A stretch of DNA of 64,000 nucleotides from Octopus sinensis (taxonomy: Eukaryota). The stretch lies in assembly GCF_006345805.1 (NCBI RefSeq), contig NC_043010.1:63922001-63986000 (forward strand), in the 5' to 3' direction. The position numbers and the translations under genes are program-made. The notes below the pieces were generated by a model. The model saw only the letters and a program-made list of their open reading frames with translations. It searched no databases and was not told where the DNA came from. Below are positions 12,983 to 26,649 of the stretch, piece after piece (positions within the stretch are counted from its first letter, which is position 1; each line of letters opens with the position of its first letter).

Positions 12983-13976
12983 CGTACACACACACGATGT
13001 GCTTCTTTCGGTTTCCGTCTACCAAATCATATATGGGTGTGTGTGTGTGAATGATAAGTGTCGTTGCACGTGACTCTTAGTTCTTGGATTACTCTGAATT
13101 AAGACACACACACACACACACACAACACATCCACTCTCTCAGTCGTGTGTGTATGAGTGTGAGTGTGAGTGTGGGTGCGCGTGTGTGCGTGTGTATGTAT
13201 GCAAGAGTGCGCATGTCTATACGTGCGAGTACGTTTATGTGTTTGTATGACTGGAAAAGCCTATTTAAGAGTTCGAATTTTGCCCCGGCCAAACTTACAG
13301 CCTGCGCTATTACAACCCTTGGCTCCTACTCCGCTGCGCAGTCAGACATGTAATCCTTCACTCATTCATAAATTCATTCATGTTGTATTTTGTGGATAAC
13401 GAAAGTGACAAGGGAGTGTCTATAACTCGATGCAAAGCAAAACAACTCAAGGGATTTGGTTTCGGAAAAGAAATTCGATTTTTCATTTCTTTGCTTTTTT
13501 TTTGCCAAAACACACACATACCTACACACATGCCAACACCTACACACACACACACCTACACACACACACACATACCTACACACACACACACACACAAACA
13601 TTGACGCACATACACCTATTCACACACCTATTGGCACGTACATCCTACCCATACACCTACACACATTTACACCCCTCCCTACACCTACACACACACACAC
13701 CTACACACACACACAGATCTCATACACGACGGACTTCCTCAGCTTCCGCTTACAGAAATTCCATTTATTGGTCATGGTCGAAGCTATGACAGAAAATATG
13801 CAGTGCGTCACGAAGTGGGAACGAACTCGAAATCATGCGGGTAGAATGCGAACTTGTTTACCGAAGAGCTATACCCGTACACATGTTTATCTAACAGCAA
13901 AGGAAACTTCAGAGTTAAATTTCGATTTTCAAAAAATTTCTTTGTTTATTTCTTTGTTTTCTCACCAAAACACACG

Positions 13977-14015
<39 letters not shown>

Positions 14016-14152
14016 ACACACACACACAAACACAAACACAAACTAACACACAAACACACACACACAAACACACACACGCACACACACGCACACACAAACA
14101 CACACACACGCACACACACACACAAACACACACACACAAACACAAGCACACA

Positions 14153-14199
<47 letters not shown>

Positions 14200-14246
14200 C
14201 GTCAGCAGTTCATATATCCGAAAAAGGAACAGACACTGCAGTAATA

Positions 14247-14464
14247 TATATTAGGAAGTCAAAAGTTATGGCCATTCATAAAATGACCACAACGCTCGGC
14301 AGTAGAGGCGACACGTCAGACTCAAATAGCCGCGGGCGCATAACCTCTCCACAAGCATCTTCAGTTATTTGAACCTGACGAGTTGCTTATACTGAGAAAC
14401 GCTTTATATGTCCGAAACCAACGGTCATTCTATGACCGGCTTTGACTTTTAACTTCCTAATATA
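14247..14464. mobile_element. MITE with about 20-bp TIRs in a TA context
   Basis: tatattaggaagtcaaaagt ... acttttaacttcctaatata (1 mismatch). Superfamily unclear. Confidence 0.65.
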
Positions 14465-14559
14465 AGGTGCCACGCAGTGAGAATGAACCCGGAACCATGT
14501 GGTTGGGAAGCAAGCTTCTTACCACACAGTCACGCTTATATAAATAGATAAATAAATAA

Positions 14560-14624
<65 letters not shown>

Positions 14625-14662
14625 GCGGCGTATGTACACCCTTGTTCTCACCTATATATATA

Positions 14663-14716
<54 letters not shown>

Positions 14717-15139
14717 CATATGCGTGTGAGTGTTGGTGTGTTTGTTCTGTTTGCACCAACATCGCTTGACAATCGGTGTTGGTTTGTTTACATTTCCGTA
14801 ACTGGAGGTTGAGCGAAAGACACCGATAGAATAAGTATGAGGCTCAAAACAAAAAAGAAAAAGAAAAGTATTGAGGTCGATTCTTTCGACAAAATTCCCC
14901 CAAGGAGGTGCCCCAGCATTGCCGCAGTCTACTGACTGAAACAAGTAAAAGGTTATATATATATATATACATGCATGTGTATGTGTGTGTGTGTGTGTAC
15001 CAGCAGCACCTTCTCTCATCATATCTCATTGCACGTAAAGAATGTTTTCAGTATGACACAGTGGTTTAATGTTCACTGTATGACACATGCTGCATGCCAT
15101 TGCAAATAGTAATATGTTGATTTTTTATACACACACACA

Positions 15140-15140
15140 C

Positions 15141-15208
<68 letters not shown>

Positions 15209-15319
15209 CATACATACACACATATATATGTATATATGTGTGTATGTATGTATATATATATATATTATATATATATATATATTATATATACATCATACAC
15301 ACATATATATGTATATATG

Positions 15320-15409
<90 letters not shown>

Positions 15410-15410
15410 A
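15140..15410. repeat. (TA)n microsatellite
   Basis: Directly visible. Confidence 0.95.
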
Positions 15411-17449
15411 GAAAGAGAGAACGATATGGTGTATGTGTGTACGTATATTTTGTTTCTTTTTCGAGGTGAGTCAGAATATGAAAACATTTTTAGTCACTAG
15501 CACTGTCGAACATGGCATTAGATTAGACATGTCACTCTGTTGTTTACATATAATATAAATATACTTATACCATTCTCACAAACTGCTTTAATATTTGTTT
15601 AGCTATCTCTGTTTTCTACATGCGTATGTTTTCTGAATGTTTATAGAATTTTATATATCATAAAGAAGCGACAGAAAACTGGCCACTGCTCTCGAGCAAG
15701 CTTCGATAAAAAGAAAAAGGGAAAAAACTAGGAGTTTGAACGATTTTTTAAATATATAAGTAATAATGAAAGTTTATATAATAAATTCAAATTCACTTCA
15801 TAGTTTTATGAATCGGGACATGGAATAAAGTTGCACCTATTATGAGTTACAACACTACGAACTACAAAAAAGCAGTTCTTTTATATTGCTGTTTGCCATG
15901 AAACGAGAAACGAGGTCTTTATCTCTTCATGGTAATTGTGCTTAAACCGTCCAGTCTATCATCCATCATGAAATTGTACAGATTAGTTAACGGTTAACTA
16001 ATCCGGTTAACTGTTTGTGGAACGATGACTCTGCACAGCTCTTAACTTGGGTTGAAACCGAAGGCGCAGTGAAGAGACGAACCATTCGTTCCATCACTGT
16101 AACTATAGACACAGTTACGAGTTGGGTGGGTGGCTATGAATAAATGAAGCAGACCCATGGTTTATTGCTGTTGGGATGTAAGCCAGGAATTGATTTAATT
16201 CGGCTGGTTCAGAGGATCTGATATTAACATCTGTGACCTCACTCTGGGACATCTCCGAGGATGTGTCTCAGTGCATCAGAGAGATATTATCTTAAAACCC
16301 AAAAACAATGAGAGATGAATGATAGTAGGATCCTAAAGAAGACCTTATTTACGGTACTTTATTGTTGGTTCATGTTTAATGAAATGATATAGAAGAAACC
16401 ACAGAGAAAATTTAGTGAAGTCGGTCACGGAAATACATCGAAAAAAACCCCAAAAACATGGCTTCTGCAAAAGGAAAATAACGAATACGGAATGAATGGG
16501 GTTTGTTCGGGTTACATTAAGATTAAATTTTGAACGACGGGGAACCTGGGCCAGCTACTGGAGAAGCCGGACAGGCTTCTGGGAGCAAAAGCAGCCTACT
16601 TTGAGCCCAAGCAGACTACGGGGAGCCTGGGCTTACCCTAGACTGGTGCTGCTACTGAATTTTGTATCCTCTATCTGTAAACGGCACTTAGAAAACATTT
16701 TCTTGTTCTACATTCACTATCAGGTATATACCCTATATATTTCAGTTAACAAGAGGTCGATATAATAAAGTACCAGTCAGGTACTAGGGTCGATGGTGTC
16801 GCTTTAACTTCCCTTAAACTTGATGGTCTTGTGCCTAAACTAGAACCCATAAATAGCCTATTGCCATGAGACATAAAACCAAGTCTACTGATAAGGAGAG
16901 AAGCTGACGTCGTTCCATGCCTTTAGCCGTTAAATCCCTATATTTTAGTGGGAAAAGGTCTTTTTTTGATTTTGTTTTTGAGCCGATTTCACTACGGCTA
17001 TAATGAACAGAGTTCGTTTTTGTCTTTTTCTCACGTATGAGTCATGTCTCTTAAGCAGATGGAAGTTAACTTGTGTTAACATGGCTGATAGATTGGGCGC
17101 GAAATATAGTACAGACGCATTGGGTTCGACATTAATTTCTTAATGCATTTTCTAAATGTTTATGTCTTTTACACGTTGATGAAACTTTATACATCAGTAA
17201 TAACGACATGCTTAATGTTGTATCCTCTCTCCGCTACTTGAACTGATATTTACATTGAGATGTATTTTGAATTGTATCTTGAGAATTGACAATGTACTCC
17301 CTCTCTCTTCCTCTTTATCTCATTCTCTCTCTCTCAACGCACGCACACACACACACATGTACATCTACTTCTTTTTGGTTGTCATCTGTAGTCAAGTGTG
17401 AATTGGCAGTAGGAGAGGTTTTTCTTTGATAGAGGGAAGAACAAGGTCA

Positions 17450-17740
17450 ACGCTGTTTCTCTCTTTCGTGAGAGCGTCGTAGGCCAAAAGTCCTGGCACA
17501 ACCCTCGTTGCAGCAATTGTGAAATCCTTTTGGTAGACCTGGTGTTAGAAGATCTTGCTCTAGTTCCTCGTCTCTTTTCTTCCTCTTGCTTCATCCAGTT
17601 TGACTCTGCAATATTTACACATTCTTTTAGGCTTCCACCATTGTTTGCGGTCAGTTGCTGTCTTTCTCTATACAGCCACAATCTGGCCACTTGTTTCATT
17701 TGATGGCATCCTCATGACGGAGTTTCGGACACCCTCTTCA
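17450..17740 (-). mobile_element. RTE/BovB-like LINE 3' relic
   Basis: Minus strand reads GCPKLRHEDAIK (consensus GRPKLRYKDxxK), followed by degraded C-terminal sequence. Confidence 0.5.
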
Positions 17741-18214
17741 ATGGCTTATATATATGTGGGTGTGTGTATGTATGTATGTGTATGTACATGCACACGCGCG
17801 TGCGCACTCACAAGGGGTCCTCTGTGTGTCTCATGAGATCAGGGATCTGCTTCAAGAAAAAGTTCTTCTCCAAGGCGCAAACCTTGGAAAATGATTTTTT
17901 TTTATGGAAGTCCAGTTGTGGCCCTTGTATTTAAGTCTCCCCTCTCTCCTGTCCCCATCACTGATTTTGAGCAAGGAAGAGTAAGGGCCGACATAGCTTG
18001 GCACCAGTGTTATCGCAGACATTGTCAGAATGTAAGGAATCGGAACAAATACCACAAGGTATCTTGCCCAATTCTCTAACAGTTTTATCAATGCAAATTT
18101 CTGGATTGATGCATTTTTCATCAACCCTGAAAGGTTGAAAGGCAAAGTTGACATCAGTAAGATTTGAACTCAAATCGTAGAATGTCGGAACAAATACTCC
18201 AAAACTCTTCTCAA

Positions 18215-18780
18215 TCTTTTCTACTCAAGGCACAAGGTCCGAAATTTTGGGGGAGGGGACCAATCGATTAGATCGACCCCATTACACAACTGGTACTTAA
18301 TTTATCGACCCCGAAAGACAAAGTCGACCTCGGTGGAATTTGAACTCAGAACGTAGCGGCAGACGAAATACCTATTTCTTTACTACCCACAAGGGGCTAA
18401 ACACAGAGAGGACAAACAAGGACAGTCAAACGAATTACGTCGATTATATCGACCCCAGTGCGTAACTAGTACTTAATTTAATCGACCCCGAAAGGATGAA
18501 AGGCAAAGTCGACCTCGGCGGAATTTGAACTCAGAACGTAACGGCAGACGAAATACGGCTACGTATTTCGCCCGGCGTGCTAACGTTTCTTATTTCTTTA
18601 TTGCCCACTAGGGGCTAGACATAGATGGGACAAACAAGGACATAGAAAGGGATTAAGTCGATTACATCGACCCCAGTGCGTAACTGGTGCTTAATTTATC
18701 GACCCTGAAAGGATGAAAGGCAAAGTCGACCTCGGCGGAATTTGAACTCAGAACGTTTCTGCCAGCTCACAGCCTTTGCA
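18215..18780 (-). mobile_element. Chain of 3 tandem family B SINE units
   Basis: Repeated cores gaaaggatgaaaggcaaagtcgacctcggcggaatttgaactcag; junctions near 18372 and 18590. Confidence 0.9.
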
Positions 18781-19703
18781 ACTCTTCTCAATGACGATTC
18801 TTTGTATCAGATGCAAAAAAAAAAGGGAAAAACAACGAAAATAAAAAGCCCCCAAAACTATTGCTTTCTTTGTATCTAAAGGCGAGAGTCTTTGTGAAAT
18901 TTAGTTTTGATAAACTGCAATATTAACAAATGTTTAGAACAAGAAAAATAAAAACACTGCAGTAGTTTGTATATCGTTTGTCTGCAATGAATAGCGGTGT
19001 TACAACAATTGGTGTCTAAACATTCAGATAAATCTCGGCTAAAGCGCAATCTATACAAAGAAACCACCATTGTTTGAAGCTGCCACGAATAAAGGTGATT
19101 CATTCAACAAAGAATCAATCGAGAAAATGTCTGACTGATGATAAAAACATACAACATGGCAATGGTGACAGACAATGTTCAAGAATAGGATAGCTTTCCT
19201 CATTGTTGTTATATATTACCGCTGTTGTTGTTGCTGTTTGTTTTTCTGTAATACCTATTTCTTTATTACCCACAAGGGGCTAAACACAGAGGGGACAAAC
19301 AAGGACAGACATAGGTATTAAGTCGATTACATCGACCCCAGTCTTAATTTATCGACCTCGAAAGGATGAAAGGCAAAGTCGACCTCGGCGGAATTTGAAC
19401 TCACAACGTAACGCAGACGAAATACCGCTAAGCATTTCGCCCGGCGTGCTAACGTTTCAGCCAGCTCGCTTTCTGTAATACGTCTTAAGTACTACAGCAC
19501 GGGATTGAAATATTTCCCCGGGGGTCTGTTACGGTAACTAGTAAATAGAAAGGAATAAAGGTAAATATATGTGTATTAATGTTGAAGGAAAGGAAAACTA
19601 TTAATGTTTCGACATTAGGCCCATTTCTAGTATGAAAAGAGAGAGAGAGAGAGAGAAGAAAAAAGGTTTACAGCTAGATAAATTGATTAAGACTTACAAT
19701 TAT

Positions 19704-20110
19704 GGCGCAGGAGTGGCTGTGTGGTAAGTAGCTTGTTTACCAACCACATGGTTCCGGGTTCGGTCCCACTGCGTGGCACCTTGGGCAAGTGTCTTCTACT
19801 ATAGCCTCGGGCCGACCAAAGCCTTGTGAGTGGATTTGGTAGACGGAAACTGAAAGAAGCCTGTCGTATATATGTATATATATATATATGTGTGTGTGTG
19901 TGTATGTTTGTGTATCTGTGTTTGTCCCCCTAGCATTGCTTGACAACCGATGCTGGTGTGTTTACGTCCCCGTCACTTAGCGGTTCGGCAAAAGAGACTG
20001 ATAGAATAAGTACTGGGCTTACAAAGAATAAGTCCCGGGGTCGATTTGCTCGACTAAAGGCGGTGCTCCTGCATGGCCGCAGTCAAATGACTGAAACAAG
20101 TAAAAGAGTA
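19704..20110 (+). mobile_element. Full-length family A SINE (used as the reference copy)
   Basis: tRNA-like head with A/B-box-like motifs (gtggctgtgtggt / ggttccgggttcggtcc), CORE-like ttgggcaagtgtctt, internal (TA)(TG) tract and simple tail. Confidence 0.9.
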
Positions 20111-20292
20111 AACCTTTTCGAGAAGCGAACCGCAAAAGACATAGCTTATGATCAGGCGGACTGCACCACTAGAAAAAAAAAAAAGGTACCTTTTCGTTAG
20201 ATGTTTTCCCACGTCTAATTTACAGAATAAACAGCAAACAATAAAAGTTGTATGGAAAATTTGACCAAATATACATTTACTAAGAAATAAAT

Positions 20293-20835
20293 GTTAGTTA
20301 GTTAATTTGGCTCAAAAGCAAATAGCAAGGCCATGTAGGGGGACATGGAGTTAAGTACAGGGTGGTGTTCATGTAAAGAGTTCAGGCCACTTGAGGTCCA
20401 GGGAGGCTTTGAACAAAGCGGTCGTCGGCATCTTCACCATCTCGTCTGGCAGCTTGTTCCACGGATCCGCAACCCGGACGGAGAAAGCTCTACTCCTGCG
20501 ATTGAGATGAAATCGTCGCAGGTAGAGCTTTTCGGAGTGACCCCGCAGCCGACGCTCTGGAGCAGGAGTGAAGAACAGCTCTTTCGAGAGGTTACACTTT
20601 CCGCTTATGATGTTGTGGGCGAGAATGAAATCACCACGGCGGCGGCGTTTTTCAAGAGAATAAAGGTCGAGCGTCCTCAGCCTTTCTTCGTAGGACAAAT
20701 TTTTGAGACCATGAACCATGCGGGTAGCCAGCTTCTGGACTCTTTCGAGATGCTGTATGTCTTTGAGGAGATAAGGAGAAGAGGCTTGAATCCCGTACTC
20801 CAATATGGGTCTCACCAGTGTGACATAGAACAAGG
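20293..20835 (-). mobile_element. CR1-type LINE, 5'-truncated (RT C-terminus plus 3'UTR)
   Basis: YVTLVRPILEYG..LERVQKLATRMV..LSYEERL..L.LYSLEKRRRRGD..WNKLP, an intact frame of about 155 aa; (AACT)n tail. The ORF's N-terminal MRIGVDRIDWPPPPKF is read out of the adjacent SINE. Confidence 0.92.
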
Positions 20836-21317
20836 CCCGAAATTTTGGGGGAGGGGGCCAGTCGATTCTATCGACCCCAATACGCAAATGGTACCTAATT
20901 TATCGATCCCAAAAGGATGAAAGCAAAGTCGACCTAGGCGGAATTATTCCTAATGAGTAGCTCAGTGTGTCTTGATTTGACATTCAGAGTAACATCCCAG
21001 GCCATTGTCACTCATGTCTTCCACTCAGTGGGATGACTGAGTCGTTTTACCACCGACAGCACCATCAGGTCAGTGGAGTGCTGTGAGCAACACTATAGAT
21101 GAGATTCATACTTTATCCCGAATTGCAGCTCAATCAAAGAGCATGAGCTAAGAGAAAGCTTTCTCTGCAAACACAAAATACCTTGTGGTATTTATTTCAG
21201 TTTCTTACGTTCCGAGTTCAATTCCGTCCTAGTCAATGTTGCTTGTCATGCTTTCGGGGTCGATAGAAAACAATACCAGCTTGGAGCTTGGATTACGAGA
21301 ATCCTTAGAATATTAAA

Positions 21318-21527
21318 CTAGATGCATAAAGGATCTTGTTCCAGTTCTTTGCGCACCGAGTTCAACTCCTGCCGCAGACGAATTAGGTGGTTGTCCAATT
21401 TAATATCACCACAGGGTCCATTTGCAAGTATTCGAACCAGATCTCCGGTTTGAGGATACTCTCCTCTTTCCCTTTCCACCAGATTCTGTAGCCAGGAGAG
21501 AGCCGTGGGCACTGCCCTTTCTCCTGA
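21318..21527 (-). CDS. Candidate orphan terminal exon (SGERAVPTALSWLQNLVERERGEYPQTGDLVRILANGPCGDIKLDNHLIRLRQELNSVRKELEQDPLCI*), product unknown
   Basis: Strong T-rich tract ending ...ttatttattgctCAG immediately upstream on the minus strand; 69 open codons of protein-like composition with a short coiled-coil-like end. I do not recognise a family. Confidence 0.35.
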   Translation of the reverse strand, partial: SGERAVPTALSWLQNLVERERGEYPQTGDLVRILANGPCGDIKLDNHLIRLRQELNSVRKELEQDPLCI

Positions 21528-21769
21528 CTGAGCAATAAATAACTAAATAAATAAAAAAAAAAGAAACCAGATATTATCAGGTTTTTCCTTCGAGCGATCT
21601 GCCTGGGTAATAGCAAAGCTGGCATGCTAAGAGCAGGGGTCAACAGCTGATGGACTTTCAACTCAAAAGTATCAGTGCTGCTGCTTTCGTTTGGCAGGAA
21701 GGCTGGCTGTTTTGTCTTTTGGCTACAACACCAAAAGTTTGTGCAATAGATAAAAGATGACTAAGTACG

Positions 21770-21900
21770 TACAGGGCATTTTCTCCTCTTCGACCAAGCC
21801 CTCATCAACTTCTTCAAGTACCACTTGTTCAAGGTGGAGTAGGAAGTGCGGCCCTCAAGAAGTTCGCTGAAAAGAGAGATGGCGAGTAAAGCGGGGGTTG
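21770..21900 (+). mobile_element. L1/Tx1-type LINE 3' fragment
   Basis: ALINFFKYHL..KVE.EV resembles the degraded end of the element at 22480-23520. Confidence 0.5.
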
Positions 21901-22225
21901 AAGAAGGGTCTCCTATTCTTGAAACGCAGTTGTTATGTTGGGTTCAAGCTAGTCAAGGTGATGTCTTAATTTGAATAATTTGGTTCGTGTAGGAGGGAGT
22001 TCTTTGACTGGTTCTTAGTGACTGCCACTCGTTTGGAACTCATACTATTTTATTCAACGACTTGTTATTTGACTGATGTCATGCTGTGGACACAGCCTTG
22101 AATATACATTTCAAATTACTTTATATAAAGAATTGTTTTATTATTGTGTGTGTGTGTGAGTGCGCACTCGCGCACGCATACACACACGTGCGCGCACGTA
22201 CATATTGCCTCCGGTACATAGTATC

Positions 22226-22450
22226 TATTTCTTTACTACCCACAAGGGGCTAAACACAGAGGGAACAAACAAGGACAGACAAACAGATTAAGTCGATTTT
22301 ATCGACCCCAGTGTGTAACTGGTACTCATTTAATCGACCCCGAAAGGATGAAAGGCAAAGTCGACCTCGGCGGAATTCGAACTCAGAACGTAACGGCAGA
22401 CGAAATACCGCTAAACATTTCGCCCGGCGTGCTAACGTTTCTGCCAGCTC
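22226..22450 (-). mobile_element. Family B SINE with TSD
   Basis: Flanked by gcctccg(g/t)tacatagtatc at 22207-22225 and 22451-22469. Confidence 0.9.
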
Positions 22451-22479
22451 GCCTCCGTTACATAGTATCACCTCACCAT

Positions 22480-23520
22480 CATACCTTGCCCCAGTTCACG
22501 TCTGGTCGGAATGGAGGCTCTTCCGCTTTCTGTGGAAGGAAAGTGTCCCACTGGTTAGGTGCTCCGTTTGTTGTCAACAGCTGCTGAATGGAGGACTGGG
22601 CATGCCGTGGATGATGGCGCATCGATACTACCAGCGTTTCTTTGATGTTGGGCAGGTGTGGTCACCGTTTACGGGACTTGCTCTTTTTCCACACCTCATC
22701 TCTTTCACTGAGCTGCAGTCCTGGATCAGAGGAGGGTGCCGTCAAGCACTTACAGTTCTCTGCCAGTACAGTGGATGAGAATTTCTAATTTGGCGTTCTC
22801 TAGAGGTTTGGTGGCGGGAAAGAGCGACGAGAATGAACTGGTCGAGGTCTATGGATAATTTCCAGAAATTATGGTCCTGACAGCGCTACCGGAGTTGGAG
22901 GGTGGGGGTCATCACCAGTTCAAGATAAATTCTAGATGTATGGCGGGTGCTGTTAACTATGCCTGTTTGAGATGTGCGCAAAGCGACGAAACTGTTCTGC
23001 ACGCACTCGTTCAGTGCTCGAGCATTTCTGGGTTCATGTGGAACACCTGGTTCCAATTCGGCTATCGATTGAGTCCACTGGGAAGATCGTCCTGTGTTTT
23101 CCTTGATTGAAAAGCCGGAGGGTAGATACCTTCTGTGACGAAGACCGCATCAAATTTTCAAGTTCCAATTGAAAACGAAAATAAGGACGTGGAAGGAAAC
23201 GCTGCCTTTCGAAAAAATTATTGAAAGTTGGGTCAAGTGGCAAAGATGGGTCTGTTCTGAGCATGCGCCCCAAGATCGTTGGAGGAGGATGAGAGATAGC
23301 TTCAGTGTTCAAGGTGACCTTAGTTTGGGTGGGGTATGTCCACGAGCAGCCTTCAGAAGTCTCCCCGCTGGTGGGGATATTTTCTTGTCTAAATCTTTGG
23401 TTTCTTTTTTATTAGTTTACTGTTGACATGCCTTCAAGGAATCCCTCATCGTATCTTATTGTATTGTATCGCCCAGTGTCGTCCCGTCTTTGCTCTGTGT
23501 AAACTTTTAGTAGTTAATAA
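22480..23520 (+). mobile_element. L1/Tx1-type LINE ORF2 C-terminal relic with 3'UTR
   Basis: LFRFLWKESVPLVR..CCQ..LNGGLGMP and the Cys-rich CLRCAQSDETVLHALVQC; ends near aataaagaaa. Confidence 0.8.
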
Positions 23521-25616
23521 AGAAACATATTCAAGGCAGCAAACTTGCAGAAGCATTAGCGCCGCAGACAAAAATGCTTCGCGACATTTCTTTCGGTGCG
23601 TTTTATATTTTGAGACCAAATTCCACCGAGGTGGACACGGCTTTTCATTCTTTACAGATCGATAAAATAAAGTATCAGTAGAGTACTGGGGTCGATGTAA
23701 TGGACTTGTTCCCCATCTCGAAATTACTAGCCTTGTACAATTAGAATTATTATCATTAATAATAATTCTTTCTAAATTTGACACAAGGTCAGCACTTTTG
23801 AGGGGAGGGGAAGTCGACTATATCGACCTGGTGCTCAACCGGTACTTATTTCATCGACCTCCAATGGATGAAAGGAAAAGTCGAACTCATAAAGCCGCTA
23901 AGCATTCTGTCCGATGCGCAAACGATTCCGCCAGTTCGCCGCCTTATTAATGATAATAATAATAATGGTTTCAAATTTTAACACAAGGCCAGCAATTTGG
24001 GGGGAGAGGGTAAGTCGATTATTTTAATACCTCGGAAGGACGAAGGTCGAAGTCGACCTCGGTGGAATTTGAACTCAGGACGTGAAGACGGGCGAAATGC
24101 TGCTCAGCATTTTGCCCTGTATGTTAACGGTTCTGCCAGCTTTCCTCCCCATTAATGAAAATAGTAATCCTTTCTCCTAAAGGCACAAAACCTGAAATTT
24201 GGGTGGAGGGGACTAATCGATTACATTGATCCAGAAAGGAAGAAAGGCAAAGTCGATCCCGACGGAATTTGAACTCAGAACATAAAGACGGACGATATGC
24301 CATTAGACTTTTTTCCCGGCGTGCTAACGATTCAGCCAGTTCGCTGCCTTAACGTGGTTGTCAGTGGATACGTAGATGGTAGATTAAGTCATCATGTAGT
24401 AGTAGTAGTAGTAGTAGTAGTGGTTGTGGTGGTGGTAGTAGTAGTATAGTGGGGCTGATTGCAGCCGTAGTAGTAATAAAAGCTATATATAAAAAAATCA
24501 AAATACATTAAAAAAAAAGAAGAAAAAGGTTTGCAATTTTGACAGCAGCAGCAGTAATAGTAGTAGGAGAAGGAGGAGTAAGTCAGATGGTGAAATCAGC
24601 TTTTTGATAGATAACCTTAAGCCTTTTTACATTTCCAACCAGTTTTTCCTTTATGACAGCAGACCGCGTGGGAACTTCCAACCCATGACAAGATCCTCCT
24701 CCTCCTTCCTCCCCATCCTCCTCCTCCTCGTCATTTCTCCCCCACCCCGTCTCTCTTTTCCCTTCCCACCATTTCCAGCGACGACACACCCAGTTCTTAG
24801 TCTGTCTTTCTGAATTCATTTATTCTTTCTTTAGTCACACCACCCAACAACAGGTGCACCCCAAATACTTTCGTTTAGTTTTCGTTTCACCGATTTCACT
24901 AACAAAGTTTAGGAGGAATCAAAGCAATATTTAAAGAAACTTGCTGAAGGTGTTGCGCAGTAGGAATCGAACTCGGAGCCATGAGATCGAAGCGAGTGTT
25001 TTATTATTTTATTTCAGTGCAAACTCCTGTTATTCTGAAAACTATAAACTTACTGGAAGTTTATAGAATACCACGAAATCCAAAATTTCTTTGGAAATCG
25101 TATTTTTCGGAGCGTTTGATCTTGTGATGGTATGAAGTAGTGTTTCTCTAACCCTTTTTACCACGTTCCTTTTGATTAAAAAATAAAACAAAACAAAAAA
25201 CATGCTCCCTCTATGAACTAATAAAGTTAGTTTACACACACACACACATATTTTAGATGATTAATACAGAAGACGGGGTGTAACTAGAAGCATTCATTAT
25301 CACAACAATCGTTTCGGTCTATGTACTGCACTGGGCGTGGGGCGATGTAATGACTCCAGATGCAACGCAAAGTACAAAAGAACCTCATCAGGTGACGTAA
25401 GATTTACATTTCGATTTTCGCTTCAAGTTATATGCTGAGATGCCGGTAGTTTACGTTTACCAAATGTGTTTGAATCACTGGTAACTGTGTTGCGAGATTT
25501 ATTCACTTGTTACTTACTGAGATCGCCATCCTGAAGTAACCTACGTCTCACCAAAATAGTCCCACACCCCACCAGTGGCCCGTGCACCTTGAGAAACACA
25601 GGTATAATGGTAATAT

Positions 25617-25929
25617 TCTTATTCGCCCTTTTCAAGCCTAGCCAGGCTCATGTGCCCGGTTTCCCGGTTTCTGTGGCGTATGTGTTCCCCCCAGCTGGAC
25701 GGGACGCCAGTCCATCGCTGCGTTACTCAAGAAACAGGAAGAATGAGTGAGAGAAAGTTGGGACGAATGAGTACAACAGGGGTCGCCACCACCCCCTGCC
25801 GGAGCCTCGTGGAGCTTTTAGGTGTTTTCGCTCAATAAACACACACACAACGCTCGGTCTGGGAATCGAAACTGCGATCCTCCGACCGCGAGTCCGCTGC
25901 CCTAATCACTTGGGTCATTGCGCCTCCAC
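25617..25929 (-). mobile_element. tRNA-head SINE (a distinct family) with an 11-bp TSD
   Basis: Minus-strand head gtggaggcgcaatgacccaagtgattagg...gtttcgattccc; TSD AATGGTAATAT at 25606-25616 and 25930-25940. Confidence 0.8.
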
Positions 25930-26649
25930 AATGGTAATATCGAAGGCGCAATATTTCATAGGAAATATTGAAGGTGCAATCATGAGAAAGAACATCTTTG
26001 GAAACAATATTTTTTTGTGACACATTTGCTGCCACTTGAAGCTTGAGGGTAGTTATCTATCATTTCTTTTGTCTTTATGGGAAAAATTAAATAATCTTAA
26101 AGCTGGAACGAAATCAAAGACATTATGTATCTATAATATTCTGTTCAGGTACGACTTCTTTGTGAGAGCCCTAAGATTTCTTAATACGGTCTACAGCATC
26201 CTTATTTTCAAATCCAAGAAAAATATATTTGGCTGGACCTCAGAACCTACAGTCTCAGTGAACGAAGTACAGTATCTGCCCCATTGAACTGTTGATTCTT
26301 AGAGATTAGATGAATCAATAGTACACACACATCTACACAGAGGTCATTGGTCAACCAGAGCCGACCCTAGCACAACGTTGAGTAAGGTATCGCTCTGTGA
26401 AACTGAACCAAGGACTACGTAGTTGTGAAGCGATCTTCAAGCACCCACCTCTCCAGAAGCAACAAAAAATGAATACGATATTACTGGTTCAGTTAAACTA
26501 TTATTTTTATCAAAAGACCCCCAAGCATTGGCTGTTTCTTTCTCGTAATCGTGCAGTTTTCAGAAACATTTCAGCGATATCATCATAGATCTTTTAACGT
26601 TCAAACCTCGTCCAAAATTTGGATCGTTTTCGGAGTCGTCCTAAAATAC

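Noticed and set aside
13715-13935. Possible hillarin-like exon (GLPQLPLTEIPFIG... / LFTEELYPYTCLSNSKGNFRVKF)
   Set aside because: In-frame TAG at 13842-13844, and the reverse strand is a degraded family A SINE head.
19704-19780. tRNA genes at SINE heads
   Set aside because: A/B-box-like motifs are present, but there is no complete cloverleaf and each continues into a SINE body.
20345-20920. 191-aa + strand ORF
   Set aside because: Antisense shadow of the CR1 RT fragment on the minus strand.
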